A stretch of 64,000 nt of DNA, taken from contig NW_026576077.1 in assembly GCF_028641065.1 (NCBI RefSeq), forward strand, positions 62,001 through 126,000, written 5' to 3'. Of this stretch, positions 36,122 through 48,745 are shown one piece after another. The stretch's first letter is position 1, and the number at the start of each line of letters is the position of its first letter. Under the pieces are notes generated by a model. The model was not told the origin of the DNA and ran no database searches. It saw only the letters and a program-made list of their open reading frames with translations. Both the position numbers and the translations under genes were made by a program. The DNA comes from Leucoraja erinacea (lineage: Eukaryota).

Positions 36122-36256
36122 TGTCTTCATGCTGAGAACACGAGGCTATGGTGCCATCCTCAGTCTGGTCGGCCTCAGCTACGACAGGCTCACGGGACGA
36201 TGGCTTCGGGTACGACTCAGGCCAGCAGTCCATGGTGTTGCCCAGCATGGAGGTGT
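36122..36256 (-). CDS. Homeobox gene A exon 2 (DTSMLGNTMDCWPESYPK...QHED)
   Basis: ttttcctctccctggcag| ... A|gtaagt; 135 nt, phase 1/1, joins exons 1 and 3 in frame. Confidence 0.75.
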
Positions 36257-38241
36257 CTGCCAGGGAGAGGAAAAACAATCACGTCACAACCCCCATACTG
36301 CCTCTTAGTCTCTTCAACCTCAGAGGCTGGGCGGAGGGAGATTAGATAGAAGTAAATAAAATGAGAGGCATTGAAAGGGTAGAGAGTCACAACCTTTTAT
36401 CCCCAGGGTGGCCATGTCCAACACTGTCCGACGTCTAAGAAATTATTTAAGAAGGAACTGCAGATGCTGGAAAATCAAATGTACACAAAAATGCTGGAGA
36501 AACTCAGCAGGTGCAGCAGCATCTATGGAGCGAAGGAAGTAGGCTCCCTTCTATGGCTAGTGTAGACTTCCATCGCTCCATAGATGCTGCTGCATCTGCT
36601 GAGTTTCTCCAGCATTATTGTATACCTGACGTCTAAGAAATGGTTAGACAGGTACATGGATGGGGCAGGTGTGGAGGGATATGGGCCAAACCCGGGCAAG
36701 TGGGACTAGTGTAGCTGGGACATGTTGGCCGGTGTGGGCAAGTTGGGCTGAAGGGCCTGTTTCCACACTGTATCACTCTATGACTAGAGGGCACAGCTAT
36801 AAGGTGAGAGAGGGAGATTTAATAAGATCCCTAACCCAGTAGCAGAATTAGGCCATTAAACCCAGTGAGTCTACTCTGCCAATGAATTGTGGCTGATCAA
36901 TCTCACATAGAAACATAGACAATAGGTGCAGGAGTAGAGGCCATTCGGCCCTTCGAGCCTGCACCATTCGCCATTCAATATGATCATGGCTGATCATCCA
37001 ACTCAGTATCCCGTACCTGCCTTCTCTCCATACCCCCTGATCCCCTTGGCCACAAGGCCCACATCTAACTCCCTCTTAAATATAGCCAATGAACTGTGGC
37101 CTCAACTACCCTCTGTGGCAGAGAGTTCCAGAGATTCACCACTCTCTGTGTGAAAAAAGTTCTTCTCATCTCAGTTTTAAAGGATTTCCCCCTTATCCTT
37201 AAGCTGTGACCCCTTGTCCTGGACTTCCCCAACATTGGGAGCAATCTTCCTGCATCTAGCCTGTCCAACCCCTTAAGAATTTTGTAAGTTTCTATAAGAT
37301 CCCCTCTCAGTCTCCTAAATTCTAGAGAGTATAAACCAAGTCTATCCAGTCTTTCTTCATAAAACAGTCCTGACATCCCAAGAATCAGTCTGGTGAACCT
37401 TCTCTGCACTCCCTCTATGGCAATAATGTCCTTCTTCAGATTAGGAGACCAAAACTGAATGCAATACAGGTGTGGTCTCACCAAGACCCTGTACAACTGC
37501 AGTAGAACCTCCCTGCTCCTATACTCAAATCCTTTTGCGATTTCACCATCCTAACCCCATCATCTGGACACCTCCCTATAACCTTTGACACCTGTACTAA
37601 TCAAAAATTATTAATATATAATCATTAATATTGATTAATCACTGCCCAGAGTAGGGGAATCGAGGACCAGAGGACATAGGTTTAAGGTGAGGGGGGAAAA
37701 GATTTAATAGGAATCTGAGGGGTAACTTTTCCACACAGAGCACGGTGGGTGTATGGAACGAGCTGCCGGAGGAGGTAGTTGAGGCTGGGACTATCCCAAC
37801 GTTTAAGAAACAGTTGGACAGGTACATGGATAGGACAGGAGTAGAGAGATATGGGCAAAGCGCAGGCAGGTGGGACTAGTGTAGCTGGGACATGTTGGCC
37901 GGCATGGGCAAGTTGGGCCGAAGGGCCTGTTTCCACACTGTATCAGTCTATGATAGGCGACACAAAGTCTTGAACAGACCAAAGCCACATGGTGAGTGAC
38001 CCTATGATCATTTAGATATGGAGAGAGACCCCACAAAGTGCTGGAGTAACTCAGCGGGTCAGGCAGCATCTCTGGAGAACTTGGAGGTCACCTATTCAAT
38101 TTTCTCCACACATTCTGCCTGTCCCGCTGAGTTACTCCAGCACATTGTGTCTATTCTCGGTGTAACGCAGCACCTGCAGTTCCTATACGTATTCCAACCT
38201 CAGTCGCTGGACAGATCCATCTAATCTCAGGTGAACCTTAC

Positions 38242-38431
38242 CTGCCGACCAAGCCTCGCTGTCTGCAGGTTGCCCCGGGCCGCGCCGCTCCTCGCCGGGT
38301 AGCGGATGGGGAGGGAAGGGGCAGAGAGCTCGCTCTGCCCCCTCGACCTGTCCCTGCGGGAAATAGAGGTCCTCCCTTCGGGGACTGAGTCCCGCCGTCT
38401 CGGTCTGCAAGTCTAGGAATCGCTGCGCCAT
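38242..38431 (-). CDS. Homeobox gene A exon 1 (MAQRFLDLQTETAG...SEAWSA)
   Basis: agcATGG start, 190 nt, donor G|gtaagg in phase 1; the five exons sum to 1401 nt (466 aa + stop). Confidence 0.75.
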
Positions 38432-40379
38432 GCTGGGACCTCCGTGCAGTCTAGTCCTGGCTTACTCACTCACTCACACAGCGCGCCTCGAACCAGCAAC
38501 CGGGCTGAGAAATAGGCGTTAATAGGCGCTATTGCAATGGAAATTTGCCACCTGACCCCTCCACCCCCACCCTGAGCCCAATCAGAAACTCACACCAATG
38601 CCAACAAAAGGCCGAATGGGAAATTAGCAACTTAAATTTCCAGCGCGTTAAATTCAGAAATTCATAAGTGATAGGAGCAGGATCAGGCCGTTCGGCCCAG
38701 TTGTACAGGGTCTTGGTGAGACCACACCTGGAGTATTGCGTACAGTTTTGGTCTCCAAATCTGAGGAAGGACATTATTGCCATAGAGGGAGTGCAGAGAC
38801 GGTTCACCAGACTGATTCCTGGGATGTCAGGACTGTCTTATGAAGAAAGACTGGATAGACTTGGTTTATACTCTCTAGAATTTAGAAGATTGAGAGGGGA
38901 TCTTATAGAAACTTACAAAATTCTTAAGGGGTTGGACAGGCTAGATGCAGGTAGATTGTTCCCGATGTTAGGGAAGTCCAGGACAAGGGGTCACAGCTTA
39001 AGGATAATGGGGAAATCCTTTAAAACCGAGATGAGAAGAACTTTTTTCACGCAGAGAGTGGTGAATCTCTGGAACTCTGCCACAGAGGGTAGTTGAGGCC
39101 AGTTCATTGGCTATATTTAAGAGGGAGTTAGATGCGGCCCTTGTGGCTAAGGGGATCAGGGGGTATGGAGAGAAGGCAGGTACGGGATACTGAGTTGGAT
39201 GATCAGCCATGATCATATTGAATGGCGGTGCAGGCTCGAAGGGCCGAATGGCCTACTCCTGCACCTAATTTCTATGTTTCTATGTTTCTATCAAGTCTAC
39301 TTCGCCATTCAATCATGGCTGGTCTATCTCTCCCTCCTAACTCTCCTGCCTTCTCCCCATAACCCCTGACACCCGCACTAATCAAAAATCTATCTATCTC
39401 TGCCTTAAAAATACCCAATGACTTGTGGCCTCCACAGCCGTCTGTGTGGCAATGAATTCCACAGATTCACCACCCTCTGGCTAAATAAATTCCTCCTCAT
39501 CTCCATCCCAAAGGAACGTCCTTTTATTCTGAGGCTGTGCCCTCTGGTCCTAGACTCTCCCACCAGTGCAAACATCCTCTCCACATCCACTCCATCCAGG
39601 CCTTTCACTGTTCTGTACGTTTCAATGAGGTCCCCTCCTCATTCTTCTAAACTCCAGCGAGTACAGGCCCAATGCCGACAGATGCTCATCATAGGTTAAC
39701 CCACTCATTCCTGGGATCACTGTCGTAAACCTCCTCTGGACCCTCCCCAGGGCCAGCACATACAGGAGGTGCTTGAAGTCAAGTCAAGTCAAGTCAAGTT
39801 TATTTGTCACATACACATACGAGATGTGCAGTGAAATGAAAGTGGCAATGCTCGCGGACTTTTGTGCAAAAGACAAACAACAAAACAACCAAACAAATTA
39901 TAAACACAATCATAACACACATAATCTTTTACATAATAAATAATGGAAGGAAAAACGTTCAGTAGAGTTAGTCCCTGGTGAGAAAGGCGTTTACAGTCCG
40001 AATTGCCTCTGGGAAGAAACTCCTTCTCAACCTCTCCGTTCTCACCGCATGGCAACGGACCGTAGCAGCTGGAACAGTCCGTTGTAGGGGTGGAAGGGGT
40101 CTCTCATGATTTTATTTGCTCTGGAGTTGCACCTCCTGTTGTATAGTTCCTGCAGGGGGGTGAGTGAAGTTCCCATAGTGCGTTTGTTCGGCCGAACGCA
40201 CTACTCTCTGCAGAGCCTTCTTGTCTTTGGCAGAGCAATTCCTACACCACCAGAGCCAGGCACAATCCATTCCTACAACCAATATTCTACATAGGGGACA
40301 AACTCCAAAGAAGCAGCGCCGGACCAGAGGATCGAACCCGCGACAACGCCACCGCCAGGTTGGGGGTAGAGGGGCCGAA

Positions 40380-41400
40380 TGGCTTGGGCCGTGACAGACG
40401 TGAGGCGGGGCGGGGCGGGGCGGGGTGACTGCAGCGGAGGGGCGGGACGAATAGTGACGTCAGAGCAGGAGGTGGGCCAGGGTGCAGGGGGCGGGGCGAT
40501 ATGGGTGACGTGAGGGGGCGGGGCGATATGGGTGACGTGAGGGGGGCGGGGCGGATATGGGTGAGCGGGTGACGGCGGTGCGGGAGTAGGGGGCGGGGTG
40601 TTGATGACGCAGGGGGGGTGTAGGAGAAGGGCGGAGCTGGGGATTGACGCTGGGAGGGGCGATGCGCGGGGAGTGGCGACGCGAGGGGAAGGGGCGGAGC
40701 TGGGATGATTGACGCGAGGGGAGGGGCGGAGCTGGGTTGATTGACGCGGGGGGAGGGGGAGAGGCGTGACGCGGGGGGAGGGGCGATGCGCGGGGAGCGG
40801 CGACGCGAGTTGGAGGGGCGGAGCTCGGATGATTGACGCGAGGGGAGGGGCGGAGCTGGGTTGATTGATTGACGCGGGGTGAGGGGCGGAGCTGGGATGA
40901 ATGACGCGAGGGGAGGGGCGACGCGGGGGGGAGGGGCGGGGCTGGGTTAATTGACGCGGGGGAAGGGGGGAGAGGCGTGACGCGGGGGGAGGGGCGGAGC
41001 TGGGATGATTGACGCCGGGGGGAGGGGGCGACGCGAGGTGATTGACGGGCGGGGGCGGGGCGACGCGGGGGCAGAGGCGACGCGGGGGGAGGGGCGGAGC
41101 TGGGATGATTGACGCGAGGGGAGGGGGAGTGGCGTGACGCGGGGGGAGGGGCGGGCTGGGGGCGGGGGGGCGACGCGAGGGGAGGGGGAGTGGCGACGCT
41201 GGTGATTGACGGGCGGGGAAGGCGCCGCCATTTTCCACTGTCATGGAGTCGGGCGGACGACAGTGAGCGGGGCTTCGTCTCCCACCCTGAGTCTCCCAGC
41301 TTGTCGGTGAGTCTGGCCGCCCCCCCTCGCCGCCGCCTGCAGCTCAGCTCATCTCACACCCGGCGCTGAGGAGCGGGGCACCACCGGGCGGGTGGAGGAG
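40380..41400 (+). promoter_or_regulatory. CpG-island promoter built from tandem GC-box/TGACG repeats, plus first non-coding exon of the RNF167-like gene
   Basis: Repeated GGGGCGGAGC and TGATTGACGCG, TGACGTCA near 40454, YY1 motif GCCGCCATTTT at 41224-41234, donor g|gtgagt at 41307. Confidence 0.75.
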
Positions 41401-41414
41401 GAGGAGGAGGGGGC

Positions 41415-41790
41415 GGGAGTGTGGACAGTTGGTCAGTGAGTGGGTCAGTGGGCCTCAGGGAGGGTGAGGGTCTGGGTCTGTGCTGGGGGAGTGTGGACAC
41501 TTGGACAGTGGGTCAGTGAGTGGGTCAGTGGGCCTCAGGGTGAGGGTCTGGGTCAGTGCTGGGGGAGTGTGGTCAGTTGGTCAGTCAGTGAGTGGGCCTC
41601 AGGGTGAGGGTCTGGGTCTGTGCTGGGGGAGTGTGGACAGTTGGTCAGTGAGTGGGTCAGTGGGGCCTCAGGGTGAGGGTGAGGGTCTGGGCTCTGTGCT
41701 GGCGGGAGTGTGGTCAGTTGGACAGTGGGTCAGTCAGTGAGTGGGCCTCAGGGTGAGGGTCTGGGTCAGTGCTGGGGGGAGTGTGGGTCG
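41415..41790. repeat. Degenerate ~65-75-bp G-rich tandem repeat
   Basis: Unit ~GGGAGTGTGGACAGTTGGTCAGTGAGTGGGTCAGTGGGCCTCAGGGTGAGGGTCTGGGTCTGTGCT, ~5 copies. Confidence 0.85.
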
Positions 41791-43013
41791 TGGGCATCAA
41801 TCCTGGGCCACACGGGGGTGACGGGGAGATCTGTGTGTGGTGAGTGTTATTCCTAGTGAGCTGGAGAAGGGGCCACTGGGGTGATGAGAGGAGGGGGTCG
41901 AATGTAGGGCAGGTGAGGCTGACACGAGTGGGGGTGGAGGCATGGGAGACTGAATGAGGCGGTGGTCCGGGTGGTTGAGGGATGTAAGTCGTGTGAGGTG
42001 GGGTGTGGGGCAGTGTGGTTGGGGGGGTACATGGGTGGCATGTGGTGGATTGCTGTGTGGGTGAGATGGGGGGGTGGGGGCAGTGTGGTTGTGGGGTGCT
42101 GTCGGGGTGTGGGGGCAGTGTGGTTTGGGGGGGTACATGTGGTGGCATGTGGGGGGGGGTGCTGTCTGGGTGTGGTAGGGTGTGGGGGCAATGTGGTTTG
42201 GGGGGTACATGTGGTGGCATGTGGGGGGGGGTGCTGTCTGGGTGAGGTGGGGTGTTGGTGAGGTGGGGTGTCGGGCAGTGTGATCGGGGGGTACATGGGG
42301 TGGAGTGTGCATATGGTGAGAGGTGGCAGTGAGACTCCTCTTGTGTCCTCTGGGTGAGGTTGGGGTGGGGACCGGGTAGCTTGTACTGAGTGGAGTGGAA
42401 TTGCAGCAAGGAGCTTCGGGTCATGGTGTGGGTGGTTTGGTTGTTGTGCTGGAGAGCAGTGGTAAAGTTGTGTAAACATGCTGGATAAAGGTGATGAAGA
42501 GGACACAAGGCAGGTGTTGACATACAGGTGTCCATGTTGACCAAGATGCCCCTTCTAGGTTAGTCACACATGCCCACATTTGTCCCATGTCCCTCAACCT
42601 TTCCAACCTGCAAACCTATCCAGATGTCTTTTAAATGTTGTTATAGTATCTGCCTCAAATGCCTTGTCTGGCAGCTCGTTCCGTACCACCCTTTGTGAAG
42701 AAAATAAGTTCCTATTCAAACATCCCCCCCTCTTTAAAGTGATGTTGTCCTGATTCTTGATTCCCCTACCCTGGGTAAAAGGCTGTGCATTCTGATTGGG
42801 GATGATCAGCCATGATCACATTGAATGGCGGTGCTGGCTCGAAGGGCCGAATGGCCTACTCCTGCACCTATTGTGTATTCTATTCCCCTCATGAATTTAT
42901 GAGTCTTCTCGGTGTCAGGCAGTAAATGAAGAGGCTGCTTCAGTGCAAATGGCTTGGTTATTCACAGTGTATATCAATGAGTTAGGTGAGTGAATGAGGA
43001 GTGAGAAATGCTT

Positions 43014-43049
<36 letters not shown>

Positions 43050-46000
43050 CTCCCTGTGACGTGAACACTAATCTGCTATTCTATTTCTTCCTGACTAAGG
43101 GAGGCTTCTGGTGTAATCCCAGCAAAGTGATTGTTCCATTTTTATTTCTGAGCTTTGCCCATCTTGCCTCTCCTACCTGCTGGTTATTATTGGTGATAGC
43201 TTCCTTGTTCAACAATGCAACATCACCTCTTTTACCTACCCCTCCCTTATGCCTGAAACCTCCACTCTGGAATCTTGGGCTACCAGTCTTGCTCACATTT
43301 CAATTGTGCTTCAATGATTGCAACAATATTGTATTCCTATGTGCTGAACACAAACCAAAGTTCATCTGGCCTGGCTTCCAGGTAGGGTTGCTGTAAAATG
43401 GAGGCAACCTAGCCTTCCAGTTCCCAAGTATATTTTTAAAATGACATACCTTTAGAATGGATATGAGGAGGAATTTATTTAGCCAGAGGGTGGTGAATCC
43501 ATTGAATTCATTGCCACAGGTGGCAGTGGAGGCCAAGTTATTGGGTATATTGGGTGATGAAGGGGCAATGGGGATTTAGTGGTGTGTTTATTGCCATGGG
43601 TATCTCGTGCTCTGGACCGAGTTTATATGAGAACTTCTTTGCCTCAGAAGGCTGTGGCGGTCAAGTCAGTGAATATATTTAAGGCAGAGATAGATTCTTG
43701 GTCAGTATGAGTGTCGGGTTATGGGGAGAAGGCAAGAGAATCAGGTTAGGAGGGAGAGATAGATCAGCCATGATTAGACTTGATGGGCTGAATGGCTTAA
43801 TTCTGCTCCTATCACTTATGATCTTATGAGAAGTACTTGTGATACATTGTGAGCCCTTCCCTGACTAGGCGCTATAACCTTGTGATGTGACATGGCTTCT
43901 AATTTCTTTTGGAATGGTTCTAAAGTGGCAAAATGTTATTTAGAAATACATTTGCTCATTTGAGAATCAGATGAAAGGTAAATTTGCTTCTTACCTCCTC
44001 CTCCTCTCTAGGCTGTTGCAATCTTTGGTCAGGTGTGCTCTCGCCTACCTCACTGTAACACTGTTTGACAGCAAGGAGGTCAATGCATATGTGTGCAAGC
44101 AGCTCGGGGTATCTGACTGGACATTCACCTGCTATTAGTTTATGTACAAGGAGTGCGTGCAGTGACTATTTAACTCCTAACTCTGATCTATCGACCTTGC
44201 TTTATTAAACCTCAAGCAAATCCACTTGCACAGCCTACAGGCTGTTTAATGAAAGCCGTGCCAGTGTTTATTCACCTGAGCTCATAGTAATCCCTCAGGC
44301 TCTGTTTCCATTGATGGAGGATCAGGCAGCATCTGTGAAGCGAATAGCAGAGACGTTTCAGGTTGGAACCTGTCTTCTGACTGGAGAACTGATGTCCACA
44401 TGTACTTTATTGGGGTCTTTGATAAAGTCATGCACGGTCGGGTGGTCTGTAGTGTTGGGTCACATCGGAACCAGGGAGAGCTTGCCAAAGTTGGTTTGGT
44501 GGTAGACATCGAAGGATGGAGTTGGAGGCTTGTGTCCCATGAGGTGTTCCCTGGGGGTGTCCCAGGGGGTCAGTGTCCCCTGGGTTGGTGCCAGGTCCCT
44601 TTGTGTTTGTCCGAATGTTAACGATTTGGATGAGAATATAGGTGGCATGTTTATTAATATTGTGGATGCCACCTAAATCGGTGTTAATGTTGACTGTGAA
44701 GATGGTAGTCTAAGGTTACGAAGAGATGAATGAAGGGGTTGGACAGGCTAGATGCAGGAAGATTGTTCCCGATGTTAGGGAAGTCCAGGACAAGGGGTCA
44801 CAGCTTAAGGATAAAGGGGAAATCCTTTAAAACCGAGATGAGAAGAACTTTTTTCACGCAGAGAGTGGTGAATCTCTGGAACTCTCTGCCACAGAGGGTA
44901 GTTGAGGCCACTTCATTGGCTATATTTAAGAGGGAGTTAGATGTGGCTAAGGGGATCAGGGGGTATGGAGAGAAGGCAGGTACGGGATACTGAGTTGGAT
45001 GATCAGCCATGATCATATTGAATGGCGGTGCAGGCTCGAAGGGCCGAATGGCCTACTCCTGCACCTAATTTCTATGTTTCTATGTTTCTAAGAGATGAAT
45101 GAATGAATAAGTTTATTGGCAAAGTATTCTCATACAAGGAATCTAGATCTACTTGGTAAGCGGGCAAAGGCAGATTTAACTGGACAAGAGCAGTGTCATG
45201 CATTTCGGGAGGTGAAACCAAGTGATTTGACTGGAGTTAGACATAAAAAGCTGGATTACCTCAGTAGGACAGGCAGCATCTCAGGAGAGAAGGAACGGGT
45301 GACGTTTAGGTGCGAGACCCGAAACGTCACCCATTCCTTCTCTCCCGAGATGCTGCCTGTCCCGCTGAGTTACTCCAGCATTTTGTGTCTATCTTCGGCT
45401 TAAACCAGCATCTGCAGTTCCTTCCGACACATGATTTTACTGGAGTATTGCGTGTAGTATTGGTCATACTACGATAGGAATGATGTGATTAACTGGATGT
45501 GCTGAAAAGATGCAGAGTGAAACAGGGCTACATAGGAGTACAAGTACATTGTTTCCTGAAGTTTACAAAGATGGCAGAGGATCTCAGTGAAACGTACCGA
45601 ATAATGAAAGGCCTGGTCAGAGTGGATGTGGAGAGGGTGTTTCCACAAAGGACAGTCTAGGAACAGAGGGCACAGCCTCTGAATAAAACAACGGACCTTT
45701 AGAATGGGGATGAGGAGGAATCTAGCACGAGGTGGTGAATCTGGAATCCATTGCCACAGGCAGCGGTGGAGGCCAAGTCATTGGGTATTTTTAAAGCAGA
45801 CTTTGAAAAGTTGTTTATTGGTTACAGCGAGGAAACAGGAGAATGGGGGGAAAATCCATCAGCCAGGATCGACTTGCTGGACTGAATGCCCTAGTTCTGC
45901 TCGTATGTGTGATGGAAAATGACCATATCGTTGGCTAGGCTGGTGAAGAACATAGATGGCATGCTAGCCTTTATCTATCACGTCATTGAGTGCAAGTGTT

Positions 46001-46069
46001 AGGGCATGATGTAAGGTCGTACAAGATGTCGATGTGAGTATTGTGTCCGTCCAGGTGAAACAAAGGGTC

Positions 46070-46490
46070 ACGGACACCTCCTCTAACTTCATTACAGCAT
46101 CCGCAGTTCCCCCACGTGGCCTCCTGTACGTCGGCGACACTAAGTGTAGAATCTAACTTTATCTACAGCATCCACTGTTCCCCACGGTCACCTCCTCTAA
46201 CTTCATTACAGCAGCATCCGCAGTTCCCCATGTGGCCTCCTGTACATCGGCGACACCAAGCGTAGGCTCTGCAACCGTTTCACCAATACTTGCGCTCGGT
46301 CCGCCAACACCTGTTGAATCTCCCGGTTGCTTAATATTTTAACGGCCCTTCCCATACCCACACTGACCTCTCTGTTCTGGGCCTCCTCCATTGCCTGACT
46401 GAGACCACACACAAACTGGAGGCACAGCACCTCATATTCTGCTTAGGTAGCTTACTATCCAATGATCAGTGAATTCTCTCAATTTGGATA
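46070..46490 (+). mobile_element. Penelope-like element, decayed GIY-YIG endonuclease region
   Basis: Reads IRSSPCGLLYIGDTKRRLCNRF.., then HTHTDLSVLGLLH..KLEAQHLIFCLGSL; 5' part locally duplicated. Confidence 0.75.
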
Positions 46491-48229
46491 ACTAACATAC
46501 AAGCACCCCACCCCCCCTTCCCTTTGCCCCTATGGTATAATACCCATTTCCACGACGTTTCACTAAAGTAAAAACAAACTTATGTCACGGCTTCTGGGCT
46601 TGGTGATCACTTGGAGAGTGGCCTTTGCCGTAACAGAACAGTTAGCTTGTTTGTACCAAGTTGCAGGGGACGGGAGTTATATATATATATATAAATGTGA
46701 TGTGACGGGTTGCAGCCCCTCTGATGCCTCCTCGGGTTCAGAACGCAGGTCAGGACTCACTCTCCTGATCTGTCCGATTCACAATGCAGAGAGAGGTAGG
46801 AGAGAGAGAGAGACAATGAATGAGGCACCTCCTTGTTGTTGCTTTGCTCCGTCCGGGCCTGGCTAAGGTGGCTATTCACACATCCAGGCAGGAGAGTGGA
46901 GAATATTTTCCAGCTAACTGCCCACTCACTTGCCGAGGTTATGTTTGTGCAGGGGTTTCCATGGAGATGGCGTGAGTGTACTGGCTTGCTGGAGGACATC
47001 TGTGACTGCTGGACATTTCAGGGGTTGCACTGCATCCCAAATGGGCACTGCCATTTTAACAACAATTATTAAAACACCGGATAGTGCTAAAGTGACGCTT
47101 TGTTTCAAAGTTTAGTTTAGTTACATCGTGGAAATAGGACTGAAGATAAATATGATGCTTGAACCATGATCACATTGAATGGCAGTGCTGGCTCGAAGGG
47201 CCGAGTGGCACCTATTGTCTATTGTAACTCAGCAGCATCTCTGAATAGAAGGAATAGGTGACATTTCTGGTCAAGACTCTTATTTCAGAACTTTCTGAAA
47301 TAGGATCTTTGTCCCAGCAATGACCCGTACATGCGTTCTACCCGACACACCAGGGACAATTTGGAGGCCAGTTAACCTACAAGCATACTCGTCTTTGGAA
47401 TATGGGAGGAAGCCATTGTGGTCACAGGGAGAACGTGCAAACTCCGTACAGACAGCACCCGTAGTCAGCAGTCTCTGGAGCGCCGCTGTGCCGGCCCAAA
47501 TCTGTAGATGAAGCACAAATGTTTGTCTCAGAGGTGAGGGAGCAATCCTTTCAGCCATGACTGAGACTTGCAACACCCAGCAGAGCACAGAATAGAACAT
47601 GCATCACTGGAACAGGCCCTTTTGGTCTGCTTCATCACAGTACCCACTGTGCCTATCCATGCTAATCCCACTAGGGACAATTTACAATTTACACAAGCCA
47701 ATTAACCTACAAACCTGCATGAGTTTGGAGTGTGGGAGGAAACTGGAGCACCTGGGGAAAACCCATGCAGGTGGCGGGGAGAACGTGCAAACTCCGTACA
47801 GACAGCACCCATAGTCAGGATCGAACCCGGATCATTGTAAAGAGAAGGCATAAAGAGCAGTGACGCTTAATTCAATGCAAAGTGTACTTTATAAATCTTT
47901 ACTAGCAGTGATTGCAAGCAAATAATAAATCATGAAAACACATCGACTAATGAAACACTTAATAAAATCAAAAGTTCAGTGAATCCTTGTTTTGACGGAC
48001 ATCTAACAGGTTCCATTTAACGGAATGCTGCTCAGACAGACAGACCGACCGACTACAAAACTTCCTTGACCGCTTCAAGGCGGCTCTCGCCGGCAGTGTC
48101 TGCCAGCACTCCGGCCACATGCGGGCTGTGACCATCAACTCGGCCGATCCTGGCTCCTCCCCTGGCTGCCAGCAGGCCAGGCCGGTCAACTCACCTGGAT
48201 TCCTGGCCCAGTCTGAAGAATTGTCTCGA

Positions 48230-48745
48230 CCTGAAACATCACCTATCCATGTTCTCCACAGATGCTGCCTGACCCGCTGAGTTACTCCAGCACTCTGTGA
48301 AACGTCACCTATCCATGTTCTCCACAGATGCTACCTGACCTGCTGATTTTCTCCAGCACTCTGTGAAACGTCACCTATCCATGTTCTCCACAGATGCTGC
48401 CTGACCTGCTGATTTTCTCCAGCACTCTGTGAAACGTCACCTATCCATGTTCTCCACAGATGCTGCCTGACCCGCTGAGTTACTCCAGCACTCTGTGAAA
48501 CGTCACCTATCCATGTTCTCCACAGATGCTGCCTGACCCGCTGAGTTACTCCAGCACTCTGTGAAACGTCACCTATCCATGTTCCCCACAGATGCTGCCT
48601 GACCTGCTGATTTTCTCCAGCACTCTGTGAAACGTCACCTATCCATGTTCTCCACAGATGCTGCCTGACCCGCTGATTTTCTCCAGCACTCTGTGAAACG
48701 TCACCTATCCATGTTCTCCACAGATGCTGCCTGACCCGCTGAGGT
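48230..48745 (+). repeat. 66-bp tandem minisatellite (~7-8 copies)
   Basis: Same unit as 3089-3615; directly preceded by CTGAAGA..GACCTGAAACATC. Confidence 0.95.

Noticed and set aside
40273-41244. 323-aa Pro-rich ORF
   Set aside because: Antisense translation of the GC-box repeat CpG island, with no domain or splice support.
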